DNA from: Acanthaster planci
Taxonomy: Eukaryota
DNA length: 64,000 nucleotides
Direction of reading: 5' to 3'
NCBI RefSeq assembly: GCF_001949145.1
Contig: NW_019091355.1
Coordinates: forward strand, 680,083-744,082
The notes beneath the pieces were generated by a model that was given only the letters and a program-made list of their open reading frames with translations, did no database searches and had not been told where the DNA came from. Positions 37,701-51,699 of the stretch are shown one piece after another; position 1 is the first letter of the stretch; every line of letters begins with the position of its first letter. The translations under genes and the position numbers were made by a program.

Positions 37701-40700
37701 CATAGCCGTAGCTGTAGACAACTGCCAGAGAGTTGCGACAAATCTCTTTCCAAGAACACAACATGACCTCACCTTGCAGTGCATCGATGCACACCACAAT
37801 AAAAAGATATACCAGATGCATGCATCACAACACAGCGCCATCCATTTTTGCTATCAAACATGGAGCCTTTGTTTTTTCTACAGTTGCGCGTCTGGAGACA
37901 GTTTAACGCCCACGCTGACCCACTTTTGGAATAAAAACTGTCCCAGCACGTGACAGCATGCCTGCTCGTGGGATAACACCACAATGAGACCAGCGACTTG
38001 GCCAAAACAGCCGCCATCTTGTAACAGCAGAATATGTCTCATGGGTGTACTACAAAACGTGATTGGATTGCTGTAAGATCTGTCGCTGAAATCACTGCGC
38101 ACCAATTAAAAGGAAATTGCGCGGCACCGTTTTACGAGTTCCGTGTTTTCTCGAGTTGGCGCGCCCGTCTACTCAGGAGACTTTTCGGTGATATAGGCAA
38201 ATGGAACACCCGAATTTTCAACGGGATCGCGTGATCGCTATCTTGGGATTGCAAAAGGTGGGTAATTAATTTATCGCGTCCCACCTGTCGAAGATGTAAA
38301 GAGCTCACTTATAGTTAAGGCCGCTATAAACTACGACATCGATTTCATTGCGTGACATAGTAACATAAGCATGTATCCTTGCGCGTGGTAACAAGGCTGA
38401 CCACATGGAGTGAAAAGTTAACAGTTTGAGAAAAGAAAACTGCAAGGCAGCATACGGTTCCGTGTGAGAAAATAGAAATCTGAAATACGAAAATAACGAT
38501 GAGCCCTTTCGCACGTTGAGAAATACTTGTCCCTGTGTAGGCCTATATGAAAAATATTATGTCTTAGAAGCCCGTGTATGGATTAAAAATATGGAGGCCG
38601 TGACATGTTACTGCTTTATCATAAAGACCAAACCCAACCAAATGAGTCTAGAGTCGCAAGAACCACTTTTGAATTTAAACTTGCCCATGAAGAAATCTTG
38701 TAGGCCTACAGTGGAATTCATCTGTCCACATTTACTCTCAAGTAATACTCACATTTATCAGGGTATCTGAGTGGGTATCGAAATGAGGAGTTGCCCATTG
38801 TACACAACTAGAAAGATTACTACTATGCTGAAGACTTATTCGAATCCGTGAAAGTCAGTCACAATTGAAACGTCAAATGTACACTGTAAACTGCAAAACT
38901 GTTTTGATACTCTAACACAACCTGTTATTAACGTCAGACAATAATCTCTCGAAACCTCAGTGTTTGTACCACTTGCTGCTGAACACCATGATAGGTTTGC
39001 CTGCGTTGTAGTCGTGTCTAAATGCATTGGCTACGACATTTAGCCGAGGACAACACACATACAGTTATGTGGAAAGTGGCAACACGCATAGCCAGTCGCT
39101 GCAACCACAATATCGGAGCTTGGCTAAATGTCACAGGTTTCCAGTCGATCACTGGTTGAGATATCACAGGATCTTCACTTACAAGTGGAGAATTCTTTTA
39201 ATTCGTATTAAATGAGTTTACTCTCTTTCCACTACTGTCATTCGAGTTCGTTTTTTAAGAGGCGTTAATGGTGCATGAATTTGAAATTTTTCTGTTTCAA
39301 GGATTTTTTTCTGGCTCATCTATATATGAACTTTTTCTTTCATTTATTACCTTGGTTTCAAGAACCCTCTATCTGAAAACCTACCACTCTGTGCTCGTAT
39401 GTATCAATGATACCATGAAACGGAGGAATTAAATGAGAATACGTAAAAAATCAATCCTGTTTTCACTTCCTTGCAAAATACATCATCCTGGAACGACAAG
39501 CTGGTGAATTTCGTCATAGGAAAAGAATCAGAAAAAAATGTACCAAAGAATATGTTTTAGACTCCCTCGCTGGCAACATAATCTTGTAAGTAGGTTTCTG
39601 AATTAAAGAACAAGGAATCGCCTGTGTATATCCAGGTATGACGTGTCAACGACGGCCGCAATATAACAGGATTTTAACGGGATCACAGTGGCTCACCGCC
39701 CCAGCAAAATGACCCCTTTTAAAGGCTTACTTACTTTGTCGAAAATAGCGAGCGGATAAACAGTCCTTCAATGGGTCCTTGCTTGGTGCAATTCGAGCAA
39801 ATTAAGCATGAGGTAGCAGTGACACCAGCGGTCACGAGCAAGGCCCTTGAAACAAATCTATTCCAGGCAGAACAGTTAATGTAAGGGATATCTAGCAAAA
39901 CATCTGGCATGTTTTTATTGCTGTATTTGATACATGATATCCGGTAGACGGTATCTGGGTTCATGCTGCTATGTTCCTTCAGTCTGAGCAGGCTTTGCCA
40001 TGACTCAGCAGGATGTGTGGGTTTGTTTGTTTGTTTTTGTTTTGCTATTGTTATTTTCAATCCATCTACACGTGTTTGGGTGCAGGTGTACTTCCATCAG
40101 GGTTCCCTTCTGTCTCATAACCGGGAATCATACATCACCATCTGTGCTGTGTTCCCTATTATAAGCGGAAGTAAAATCTCACAGGGTCATGCGGGCGGAA
40201 TTTGTCCCAGCGACCTTTTGATATCACTCAATCAGTGCTTTCTCTGTTATCCTTAAACCTACAAAAGCTAGAATTTCTTTTTCTCAGGCTAGAATTTTTA
40301 ACTGACCTAAGACAAATGAAATACAACTGACTTTCGAGGACGCGTTACAAAAGGTCATGGTATATAAAAGCAAAATCGTGTGACGGCCTAGCGCTAAAAT
40401 AGGACCAAAAGAAGGGGTGGGGTCCTCGGTAGTGTAGTAATGAATACACAGTGTATTCACATTTTCAAACACTGTAAGATCACAGAACAGCGAACCCCAC
40501 GTAGCATACGCTGAAGTTATCAGACCTGTAAATAGTCACAATCACGTTAAAACTGCCAATATGATAAGACGGGAAAAGCACGCTTCATGTGGTCATTGGT
40601 GCTCATTGGGTCGATATCATCTCTGAGGGCAAATGACAGATAAATAGTACGGAAACAAGACACAGCGACAGTCTTGTTCAATGATCTGGAATATACTAGC

Positions 40701-43700
40701 TCTAAAAACTGTTTGAAAACGATTCCTAAAGTTAATCTACTGGAACAAAACGTGACCAGCACCCGTACATCTGCAATCACAGGCGACTAACGGGACGTTA
40801 GATGCAAACACAATTCTTTAAATAGTTGTGTTATCAGAAGCACAGTTCCACTTTCTTTGCATTGACTGAAACTGTTTGCTGTGCGTGTCATTTTTCCATG
40901 AAAAGTACCGTGGGGAAAAGGGAAACTGTGAGTTGTGGCTACGTTTGTATTAAAAACACGTCTTATCTTCTCTGTCTGCGGCTGCTGTGCCAAGGAGATG
41001 AAAGACTTTGGAACATTTAGCGCATGGATAGTTCTCTCAAAAGACGTAGACTTATATGACCCATAATCTCCATCTCTCCGCATGAGACACAAAAGTCTTG
41101 TCATGATGACAAGGTACACCAACGCTCTGAAAGTACTTGTCTTGAAGACACGGTCGTCTTTCGTCTTGTAATAATATTTGTTTTCAAGGATGACAAGTGG
41201 AATAGTGTGCTTTCGATTTCTTTAAATTGTACAAACTTGTTTATCACAGAGGCTAATCTAAGTATACACCAGGCGAGGTTACAATCTAACAGAATCGGTC
41301 TTGCGTAGAAATCTTCTTGATTTTGTTTTATTATGCCCTAATCCATCAAATCGAGGGGTTTTGTTTTGTTTTTGAAGCCGAGCGACACATGAGTCGCTGA
41401 ACAAAGCTTACCAACATCAAACACAATCATTGCACAACTGCAAATTTATCTACAAAGGTGTGCAATTTGACATAGTCGGAGAGAAATTAATGACAGATTT
41501 GAGCATTTTTGTTACAAATAACATACATGAGTTTTGCACATGAAACTTTGTAAACTTCATGAGCCATTGATCATGGTGATAAGCCAGGCTTGGTGGGTCA
41601 TACGAACACACAGTTGAGTGGCCCGGGTCTGCATTCAAGTCACAGTTTCTCATCACCTAGTCTCGTCTGGAAGCAAAATGAATGACACACTTTCCAAATA
41701 ATTGTCGTTACTTCGTGGGGCGGCTGGAGTTAACACCACAATGAGATCTTGGCGCGTCTCGGTCGCAGAAGATCGAATTATGATTATCCCATCCGGCCAA
41801 CGGATGAAGGAATCGCCTAATAGGCGCTGGCGCGCGGCCTTGCTAGCGCCTAACTCGATTAGAGATCTTACCGCTGATTCCAACCACGTTAATTATTACT
41901 GTGATGGACAACACCTGAGGAAGGCTTTGCGCAAGGGCGCGTGCTATCTATGGTACTTGTATTTGCATATGTGCAGGTAAGTGACTGAGGACGTGTATAA
42001 TTGTGATCCAAGTACTTGTTCAGACAAAAACGTCAGCACAACTTTTTGGGCGTCCCAGTAGCTTCTAAGAATGAGAGTTAAGCCGTAAACAAGTTAAAAG
42101 ATTTTAATGTACTTGAATGGAGTTTTAATTCTACGGATATGAAGTTCTTTGGAATTGACAGTGAAAGAACTCCTGTGGTAAAGTGTGTGATAATTGACCC
42201 ACAATGCAGTTTCGCACATATTCAGAATGCATACCTGTATTCAACCTCAAAATCCGATTTTAGTTTTTAACACGGCTGCATCTTCCAGTTTGAATCAAAC
42301 TTCTACCTGATGGGATATTTTGTTGTACCACCACCCCTTGTTAAAAAACGCACTTTAATGGGTTCTTCATTGAGTAATTTACCTCAGTCCGTACTCAAGT
42401 TGTACTCAAGCCACACTTTATTGAGTAGTTTTCCTTCATTCACCCGCACATCCGACAATAGTACTCGCGATCCAATCTCTAAGCTTTATTTTTGATACCA
42501 TTCAGGGGTTACTGGTATTGTGTTTTGTGTAATTTTTTCCGTTATCGCATCATGCAGGCACAATTATTGTACCCACAGCCGTACTTTATCGACATTTGTA
42601 AATTCTGTTTCGGTATAATGATCACACTCGTACCCAGGGCCGTGCTTTGTACAGTTCTCACATCAACTCGTAAATAATCTTTCAATAAATATGCACTTTT
42701 TGAACGACTAGGTTGTTGACAAGTCGTAGACGTGAAACAGTCCTGTTTGGATAATTTCATTACTGTCATCATTGTGTGGTGTAAAATCTTGACAGCAGGT
42801 TAAGGAATAGAACTGTTTCTTTTTTTATCGGGATCTCAAGTGATTGGAAATAGTAAAAGGTCAACTTGCATTTTCATTTTAGAGTGTGTACACGTCCACG
42901 TTTCAGTCCTGGGCACGAAACCGACAGTAAATTAATGTCCTCGCTGATTTTCCTTCCACGCGAGTTTTTATTTGCCTAGATGCATCAGTATACACAAAAA
43001 CCACAAATTGGTTTCAACGCCTCACTCCCATCCCTCAGTTCGTGGAAAGTTAATCTGGCCGTATTCATTCGCAAGGGCTTTGGCTGCGACGCGTAGGCAA
43101 CTCAATTCTAGATAGATTAAGCGCTGGAAAAGCTGATGATACAATCACTGCGTTTGTTGAGATGAATTCCCAACAATTACACGTGCCATGCAAGATTTTT
43201 CGGATAAGGGAATGATTGACGAATACCTATTAATTTGGCGGGGACGGCCCAAACAAAGTGGACCGACTTTGCTGTATTCGAACCCACACGAAGGTTGCCA
43301 TGAAAAGTGACGTGAGATACCACCTACCTAGTAACCCATAACCGAAAGCCACACACTGCGCTTGTTACCAACGACCAGATACGATGCAATAATGAAAAAA
43401 CTTCTACGCAAACAGATCTGGGGGAAAACATCAGTCGTCTCAAATTTCTCCAATGTGCTTGAAATGAGACGGCGAGTTTGATCAACATCTTAAAATAATT
43501 TGAAAGTTTAAGACACATTTTGATTTAGCATTGGTCACAGGTAACAAGCTATTTAGGCAGCTGTCTGTTACACCCGGTATTAAATTACAAGAAATTAACG
43601 GCTTCCAACTCTTGTTAAGAATGATAAAAAATGTAGCTATGTCAATATGACTTGGTTTTAATTTACGGTTAATTGACCAAAATCTTCTAAAATAAAAAAG

Positions 43701-44039
43701 GTTTTGATTTTTTTTGTTGATCCATACGCAAAATGATAGAAAAAAATAATCTTCTGTTTTTCTTTTAATTGCAGGATGAAATGACCATACCAGAATCGAG
43801 ACATAGCATCGGAATTTCCTCATATTTCTCTAATCCGGAAAAGTTGTCAATAGGAATAACGCAACTCGGATCGACAGCATTGGGAGCTCCGGCTGAGAAA
43901 TTTGCATGTTGGCAGGATTGAGTGATCCATCCGGAGAAATTGGAAGGAAAATATTCAAAAGAAGAGTGTCACCGAGGTGTAATTTCAGACTCATCTGAAA
44001 ACAATACACTCGTTTTTCCCGCCCGGAAAACACGTTCTG

Positions 44040-44110
44040 TCAGTCGTGCGTGTCATCAAGGCGGTGAGGGTTGAGCAAGGGCGCATGCGCGCGTCTCAGC
44101 GGCAATCTGT
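44040..44110 (+). promoter_or_regulatory. Candidate promoter of receptor paralog A with NRF1-type palindrome
   Basis: GCGCATGCGC at 44081-44090, at the start of a CpG-rich stretch about 1 kb upstream of the ATG. Confidence 0.4.
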
Positions 44111-45129
44111 GTCCGTTCACATTAAGAGCATCTGCGTTGGTGGGACGAAGTCCCTGGTGTCGGTTGATCTAGTTGACAATCTTATAGTCATTGGGTTGGG
44201 ATCCGCGGGGAATTGCTTGTAGCCTGTCCTAGCTAAACCGACGAGGACTCTTATGTGTATTGCTGAGCTTTTTCGCGCGTCGCCGAAGAGACACAACTCG
44301 CCATTTGGCTGGTTGCGGCTGATGCGTTTTCAAGAGGTCCCGTCGTCTCCTTGTGCTTGGGATACATCCCCCGATTTTTCTCGTTTCATCTCCACTCTTC
44401 GCCTTTTGACCGTTTTCCATTATTTTTCCGGTTAGCCACGCGGGGCCCGTCAAGCCTAGCGCCGTCGCTCGGACCGTGAAGGAGTTTTTTGTGCTGCCTC
44501 TCCGTGCGTCACAAACGCAATTCAGATGGGATCACCAGCAGATTACTACATAATCTAACTGTAGCAAGTCGCTTTGAAGTTGGTGAAATCCTAGCTCGGT
44601 CGTGCCGATGGCCCCGTCTCGCCCTACAGGGTGATTTGCTAAGTAGATGGAACCACACCGGACATCAATGTAAAATGAAACCCTCTGGCACAGTCGAGTT
44701 GTGCTGAATCCACTCTTCTCCCCTCAGTAAACTCACTTGTAATGAGTGGATCGCACATCCATCCTTGGAACACTTTTTGACAGGGTGAACATTGTAGTCC
44801 TTACAGATTACACTTTGACGTTGTGACTTCCTCGGAGGAGCTTTGCTCTGCCCGTCCCGCACTACAATTAGTTTTCTTCCTATTTTCCATTCACGGAATA
44901 CACAAGATCTTGGGAAAAAATTTCTTAGATGACAACTTTGATATCACTTCTTACATTGGTTTGTAGGCTTCGGCATTAAAGACACCTGTAGCGGCAAACT
45001 TTTTTCACTGTCAAGCCCAAGGTCTTTTTAAGATCGTTAGAAACGATAAAAGCGGTATATCTACCTCATACACGGGCACCTGCTGTTTTTCTTTCATTGA
45101 AACCCAGAGGAAAACACAGGCTGAGCAAG

Positions 45130-48100
45130 ATGGGTGGAACGGCAAGTGATTTCATGGAGTATGATGACTATTACCCGGTTAACATCACTTTCAGACATAA
45201 CATGGATCAGCGTGACCGTATCATCTGGAGCGTGGTGGTTTCGGCCGTCATGATCACAGCTGCAGGGGGTAACCTCATCGTGATATGGATCGTAGCCACC
45301 AACCCCCGAATGCGAACCGTGACCAATTACTTCCTGTTGAACTTGGCCGTGGCGGATGCCCTCATTGCTACCTTAAGCATGCCCTTCCTCTTCAGCTACA
45401 TCGTCACTCAGAACTGGGTGATGGGGCCTTTCATGTGCCGCTTAGCACGCTTCGTGGGCACCGTGTCCACAGTGGCATCTGTGCTGTCCTTGGTCGCTGT
45501 ATCCATTGATCGCTACCGTGCCATCGTCCACCCGTTGTTACCCCGCCTGCCCAAATCCTGCATCATCTGCATGATCTTCTTTATTTGGGGCGGGGCAGCC
45601 TCCTTCGCCAGTCCACTCTTCCTTTACTCGCATCTGGTGACTTTTGGGTACTTGAACGGACCCATAACGCAGTGCCTCCTCATCTGGCCGGACGGTGTGA
45701 TGAAGGAATACGATTTTTGGTAAGAAACGTCCATTTAAAGAAACCTTGCAAGTAGACAAGAAAATATACCAACAAAATAGGTTTATCGTTGGGCGTATTG
45801 TTATACATGGCGTATCAAAATAAAGGAAACCCAAAGTCAATCATAATTGATAAGAAATCTACAGATTTCTTAATGCAGCATTATATGTCTCCAGCATGGC
45901 CTGAATGTCTTCTTTTTAATGACAACTTGATCATGTACTCAATGCACAGTTTAACGACTAACAATCATTGTTGACCAGCAGGTGAAATTTACACTGTGAC
46001 AAGTTAGCATACACTTTCTTTGCACAGTACAGGATGGAAATTAATGTGCCTAGACCAACACAAACAAGTGTTTTGGAATGTGTGTGTATGCCACCGTGAC
46101 ATTGATCACATGATCAAGGTGTCATTGAAACGAAGACATTCAGGCTTTTCTGGAGACATATAATGCTTAAATAAGAAATCTGCAGATTTCCTACAAATTA
46201 TGGTTGAATTTGGGTTTCCTTTATTTTGATACGCCCTGGTTTCCGTAAACTGTATTAATTTATATATGAAAAGTGTTGTGACAACGTGACACACACGTCA
46301 TCATAATCCACTACTACTACAGACTGGAATCAAATCTCAAAATTTACAATATATATCTGGAGTTGCATGAATGAGTTAAGATCTACAGACTTCTGTAAGC
46401 AATGACATAAGCTGGCCAATGACGAATAGGCAAAGAGCTATTTGGCTAGAAATGTTATCCACTGTTTGCATAAATTCGTTATGTTTGAACAAAAGCGAGG
46501 TTGCACTTGCATCTCTTCTGCGTTGTTACGTTGCCAAGCCTCTTATTTAACAAACATGCTGCAACCCTGCTCTGTCAGGTCGGGTCTGAGGTCAACAAGC
46601 AATACCCTTGTTGTTCCCCGGACCCGGCTGGCCAGTTATGGAGACAGAGTGTTTTCTAGAATTGCACCTCACTTAAGGAACTCGCTTACTGATCATTTAA
46701 GACAAGAATATGACATCAAACATTTTCAGCAGCCTTTCAAAACATTCGTTTCCTCACTAGCTTTTTCATCGTGGATACAAAATTAAGTTTTCGTTTTCCA
46801 ACGTAGACCGGCGCCTTTGAATGTTTTACAGATTACGTGCGCCTTGTAAGTGCTTTGTTATTATTATTATTATTAAGCTATTGAATTTTTTGGTCATTAA
46901 GTCCCATTTAATCGGAAAAAGCCACTTAGTTATGTTAATGGCGATGTAACGTGTGTTTGTTTGCTGCAACTTGAAAAACCAAACTCGTTATTTTTCTTCA
47001 TTTTCACGAGCCCACTGCCATAGTTCAAAGACCTAATTTTATTTCTAACAAAACCAAGAGGAATATTTTTCCCTTCAAATTAAACCAGGTGTCGCACTGT
47101 TATTTTCTCTCACGGCTGCCGAGCAGGCACTTGATTTATCAAAGGACAGAACTGCGAAAAACGCGCTGCCGCCTTGCCAAAACATTCAAAAAGGCTGAAT
47201 GGCAGGCGCTCAAAGACGTGAACAGCTCACTCCGAGGGGCTTTGGTGATCTTTTCATTCGATAATGCTAGGTGTCAAATTAAACCGTCTCCATTTTGCCG
47301 ACTGCAAAATGGCACTGGACGTGCTTTCCCATTTGCCGAGCAAATACCTAGAAACGAACTCATCGGCTATCCTCTTTTGCGAGCTCTGTTATGATCTATC
47401 AAAGGCATATTTATGAAGGCCTGACATTTCCGGATGATCTTTTAAAGAAAAAAATCGCGGCTTAATGTAATCTATGTTCTATGTTGTGGCGTCTCAAAAT
47501 GGCAACACGTATCCTAAATGAGAACGTCTAATCGTGGAAAAACAAAATAACCTACATTTCTGAAAATCTCAAGACATTAAAGACATTGTAGAGGCTTGGA
47601 GATATATAAGCGTATATAAAGACATCTGCAGCAGGTGTGGAAGTTAGTAAAATAATCATCATACTAGTCATGATATATGTAAGCGAAATAATGAGATAGA
47701 AATTGATCCATTAAGAAAACGAGGCAAAACATATCAACGTCGATTCAGCATACTCCAGAAAGCCGTAAATGAAGCTTTTAAGGCTAACTATATTGTTGGA
47801 TATAGCTTGGATTGTGTACACATATAGTCATAATATCGGTTCTCCTCAAGACGATTATCAGAATGTTACAAAGAATTAATAGCTAATAAAACTTTGAAGA
47901 AGATGCCATTACGTGGAGTGTACATTTTGCAAAGTGAACAATCTCATACGCCAGAAGTAATACTGTGTGTATGATCCCGTAGCGTGTCGGTGCGGTTTGT
48001 TTCACTGTGGTTAATTTTTAAAATGTTGGCAAATTCACTTTCAAAATAATTCTGCAATATGGAAAGCCACCTGAAGTTGTAAATCGAATGAATGGTTAGA

Positions 48101-51100
48101 ATTATTTGGTGTTGCTTTTTCTTTTTGGTTTATCTTGGGCGTTGACAAGGAAGCTCTGAAGTCAATGCTCCCCCAAGCATGAACATGGCTAGTCTGAAGG
48201 CTGTTTATTTGTCAAATCCACTGACAGGGGCATAATGTAATAACACTATCATACCGTCTAGACATGACAATACCTCATGTGCTGGTCCATGTATACGTCA
48301 GTTCAAATTAACGTCCTATAGATGTATGCACAGCGTACGCCTGTCAACAGAGTCATACAGCATAATAAATGACACGATATACCTGTAGTCCCTGTGCTGG
48401 ACGTGAAAATATACACCGTCCCATGGCGAGTCTATCGAGTCGTGTTTTAATTAAATTTGCACATGTCTCACGAACGGTCCAACTCAGACTATTTTCCACT
48501 TGAGATTGTTCATTTGGTCTGACGATAATAATCTCTGTTATTTGTTGTTATTTGAATAGGTACAATGTAGCAACTTTCACCGTGGTATACTGCGTTCCCT
48601 TGTCCATACTAGCCATGTGCTATACGGTGATTGGTGTGAAGCTTTGGCGAAGCGGCGTTTTGGGTGAATACATTCCTAGCCGCGCCAGGCACATCAAAGC
48701 CAAAAGAAAGGTTGGTGATTTATAAAAGCATTAGGCCTCGTATCGATATTGCGACTTCGAGCTCACGACAAACTTCATGGATAGTGGACTAGGGCAAGAA
48801 ACAAGACCAACATGAAGTAATACTCAAAAGACAACATAACGTGACGTCATGCACGGGACACAATTGAACAAACTGCACGCTACACAAAACCATGCTTAAG
48901 CATATCGACTACTTGCTGGCGTGGTTGCACATGTATTTTGCGAAATCGGAATACCAACCACACAACCTCGACCCTTATTGGATTATCCCGCGCACGTGGT
49001 GTGGTCCTGTGTTTGCGCATGACCGTCGCCCACGCTCTTGAGAGATGGTTGACCACAATTAAAAAGCTTTGCCCCTTCGTTACGTCTGTGGTCAAAACAG
49101 CCGCTGACACCTCTTTCTGTCCTTTTCCAGACGGCAAAGGATGGCTAGGCTTGGATTGTCCAAACAAGAACCACAGTGACGTGACTGCAACACTCAGTTT
49201 AAATAAAAAATATCGTTTACACAGACGGAATCGACAGTATCACACACATATTGTTATCTCAAAACTTCCCATGATTCCCCATCAGAGGGTGTGGAGAGTA
49301 GAGCATACAGAGTCAAAAGACTGCATGAAGTGCGCAAAACGCAAATTTTCAAGCCGTACAAATCTGAGCGAGCTCGTACGATAACCTATGGGGGACCCGA
49401 CAGGACGTAACCATTTGTGATTATACCGTCGTTACGACTTGGTGAATTTATTCTTGAATATGTTGCCACGCCTTTAATTTTTACACGACCAATAGTGATA
49501 ATTAACTACTAGTCGCAAATACTTTTTGACGCGAATAATTTTAGTAGCTTGGAGGTTAATTTATGAAACGGAAGATAGAGTTCGTATAACATGCTCTATC
49601 CTATTATCTGCTATCCTCTGATGCATACTCTTGAACCCTCCATGTTGCCTGAAAAATGTTCAAACACTTCACTATGCAACACTCCACCCTGTATGAGTGC
49701 CTATTAAACAAGTTAAGCATGAAGTTGTGAGAGTGGCGATGATAACAGTGCCTTAACAGCCTTCATTTCTGTTGACTCCCTCAGGTAGTTAAGATGATTA
49801 TTGTTGTAATCGCTGTGTTTGCAACGTGTTGGTTGCCTCTTCACGTCTACCAGCTTTTACCCTACATGAATGATGCTGCCTACCAAAGGTCCTATTCGCT
49901 ACACGTCTACTTGGCTATCTGGACGCTGGCTATGAGCAGCTCAATGTACAACCCGTTTATCTATTGCTGGCTGAACGAGAGGTGAGAGTTTGGTCTTGTA
50001 GACTGGCGCCTGAAATATGTGAAGACAGGCAACGACTTCGAGGTCTGAAATTTCATTGGTTGATTGCTTGGGGCATTTTCCTGTCCTTGTAGTCTGATTG
50101 GTCAAATTTTCAAGATGACGTTGCCGCAAAATGTGGCCTCCTTTGTCAGGAATATTTAAATTTAGATGACCAAGCTAATAAAAGAGATACTGTGTCGTCC
50201 TACTTCCCGATTTCTGATGTCGTGTTCCAGCAGTTGAGATACTTTCCGGATTTTGGTCCATATGAGAACGGAAATCAAAGCATCTATATATCGACTATAT
50301 TTCCGTGAGAATGAATCTGCGCCCGTCGAACAATAGGGGGTACTGTATCAAATTTCCGTTCACTGAATGCTCAGCAATTGCCGTACGCCGCTGGCAAGTT
50401 TCTTAACTCGGAGGCTCAACCTATCACTGTCTAAAACGTATTTTCTAAGGTTCTGCTGATCACTTTCGATGGAGAAATTCAATCCGGAGCAATTCTAAAT
50501 TGAAAACCCACATGAAGCACAAACCACATATTTTGAGATTTAAAGAAAAACCACCACGATGCGTTGTTGATAAAAAAGAAGACTTTTCCGGACATCTTTC
50601 TTCTTTGGGAGATTTAATAGTAGGCACACACGGAGACATTTTTGCCATGCAGACACGAAAGGCCAATTTACTAGACTACTACGCTAACTACGTTCATGTC
50701 TACGGTGACAAATGATAGTACGCATTCCGCATTAGCTCTTATGATGTAGGCAAAACTAAGAGTGCGCTCCTACGCAAACAAGCTAGTGCTGTACACTTGT
50801 CAATGCCATCTGGGATTGTTACCCCCTCAGGGGCCAATTGTCCGGGCAATCGTCATCTTGATATGTCGCTGATCATTCTGCTGTTTTACCTTTGGAACAG
50901 GGAAGTCACTTTAGAAAACCAATGATGGCAATGCTCAGCGATACTAAATGTTTCTCGTCAGTAGCGTCCAACTTTACATGGTGAGGGCCATTACAAATAA
51001 TCGTCAGTCTCTAAGGATTTGCCCACAAAATCAATTCAGAAGCACAAACCGTTGGAGGGGAAAAGTAAACGAATGAGAACAAAATCAGAAAGTTAAAGGT

Positions 51101-51699
51101 TAGAAAACCGCTTAGCAGCACTCTAAAATTGCAATTAAGCTATAGTTGTAGGCTACCTGAAGATTCACAAAGTGCCTCATGCGTCCTCTTGACCAAATGG
51201 GACACGTGGAGAGAGAAGTTATCAAAGTTGTGAGGATCTGTCATAATTAATGGAAGCCATTTTGGAATAATGCGCATTCAGCGTAGGAATATGTATGATA
51301 TATGTAATGCTATAACGTACGTTACCATAACAATTCAATCCCACATGAAGTAATTTGTAGGATTGTAATGTGAAAGCTGAAGTGAGATGGTGTAGAAAGG
51401 GGACCATTTAATTAAAGTATAGCCAATAATTTAACTTTTCTCCAGGAGCAAGTTTTTTAATGTTGCTTAAAATTCACAGGTTTCGTGCAGGGTTTAAGCG
51501 TGTTTTTCGTTGCGGTGTAACGAGTCTGGACGACAACAACGGCCAACAACCGAGCGCCACTCCGATGTCTCCCACAAGCCAACATTTGATGTCGTCAACC
51601 AGTAGTTATCAGCGCGCCGCCAACGGTAAGCAGATGTTAGCTGCCAAGAATAGTCTGGTGACTGCAAGTGTGGTCGATTCAATGGAAGACACGTGCTGA
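45130..51699 (+). CDS. Tachykinin receptor-like class A GPCR (paralog A), 385 aa
   Basis: Exons 45130-45719, 48560-48710 (151 nt), 49785-49981 (197 nt) and 51480-51699, all GT-AG and in frame. Motifs GNLIVIWIV, RMRTVTNYFLLNLA, DRY, AKRKVVKM, CWLPLH and LAMSSSMYNPFIYCWLNERFRAGFK. The 151- and 197-nt internal exons match vertebrate TACR gene structure as I recall it. Luqin/RYamide-type receptors are the main alternative. Confidence 0.88.
45806..46238. mobile_element. MITE with ~130-bp inverted arms in receptor A intron 1
   Basis: CATGGCGTATCAAAATAAAGGAAACCCAAA...TTGATCATGTACTCAATG (45806-~45944) mirrors CATTGATCACATGATCAAG...TTTGGGTTTCCTTTATTTTGATACGCCCTG (~46100-46238). TA precedes the left end. 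The twin ORFs containing AYQNKGNP on opposite strands come from this element. Confidence 0.8.
46535..46875 (+). mobile_element. 5'-truncated L2/CR1-group LINE 3' end
   Basis: Decayed ORF2 C-terminus (LRSTSNTLVVPRTRLASYGDRVFSRIAPHLRNSL...FKT...AF), a short 3' UTR with GGCGCCTTTGAA, and a (TTA)n tail at 46858-46875. Confidence 0.8.

Noticed and set aside
48938..49384. 148-aa ORF in receptor A intron 2
   Set aside because: Non-ATG start and unrecognised. The flanking receptor exons join in frame without it.
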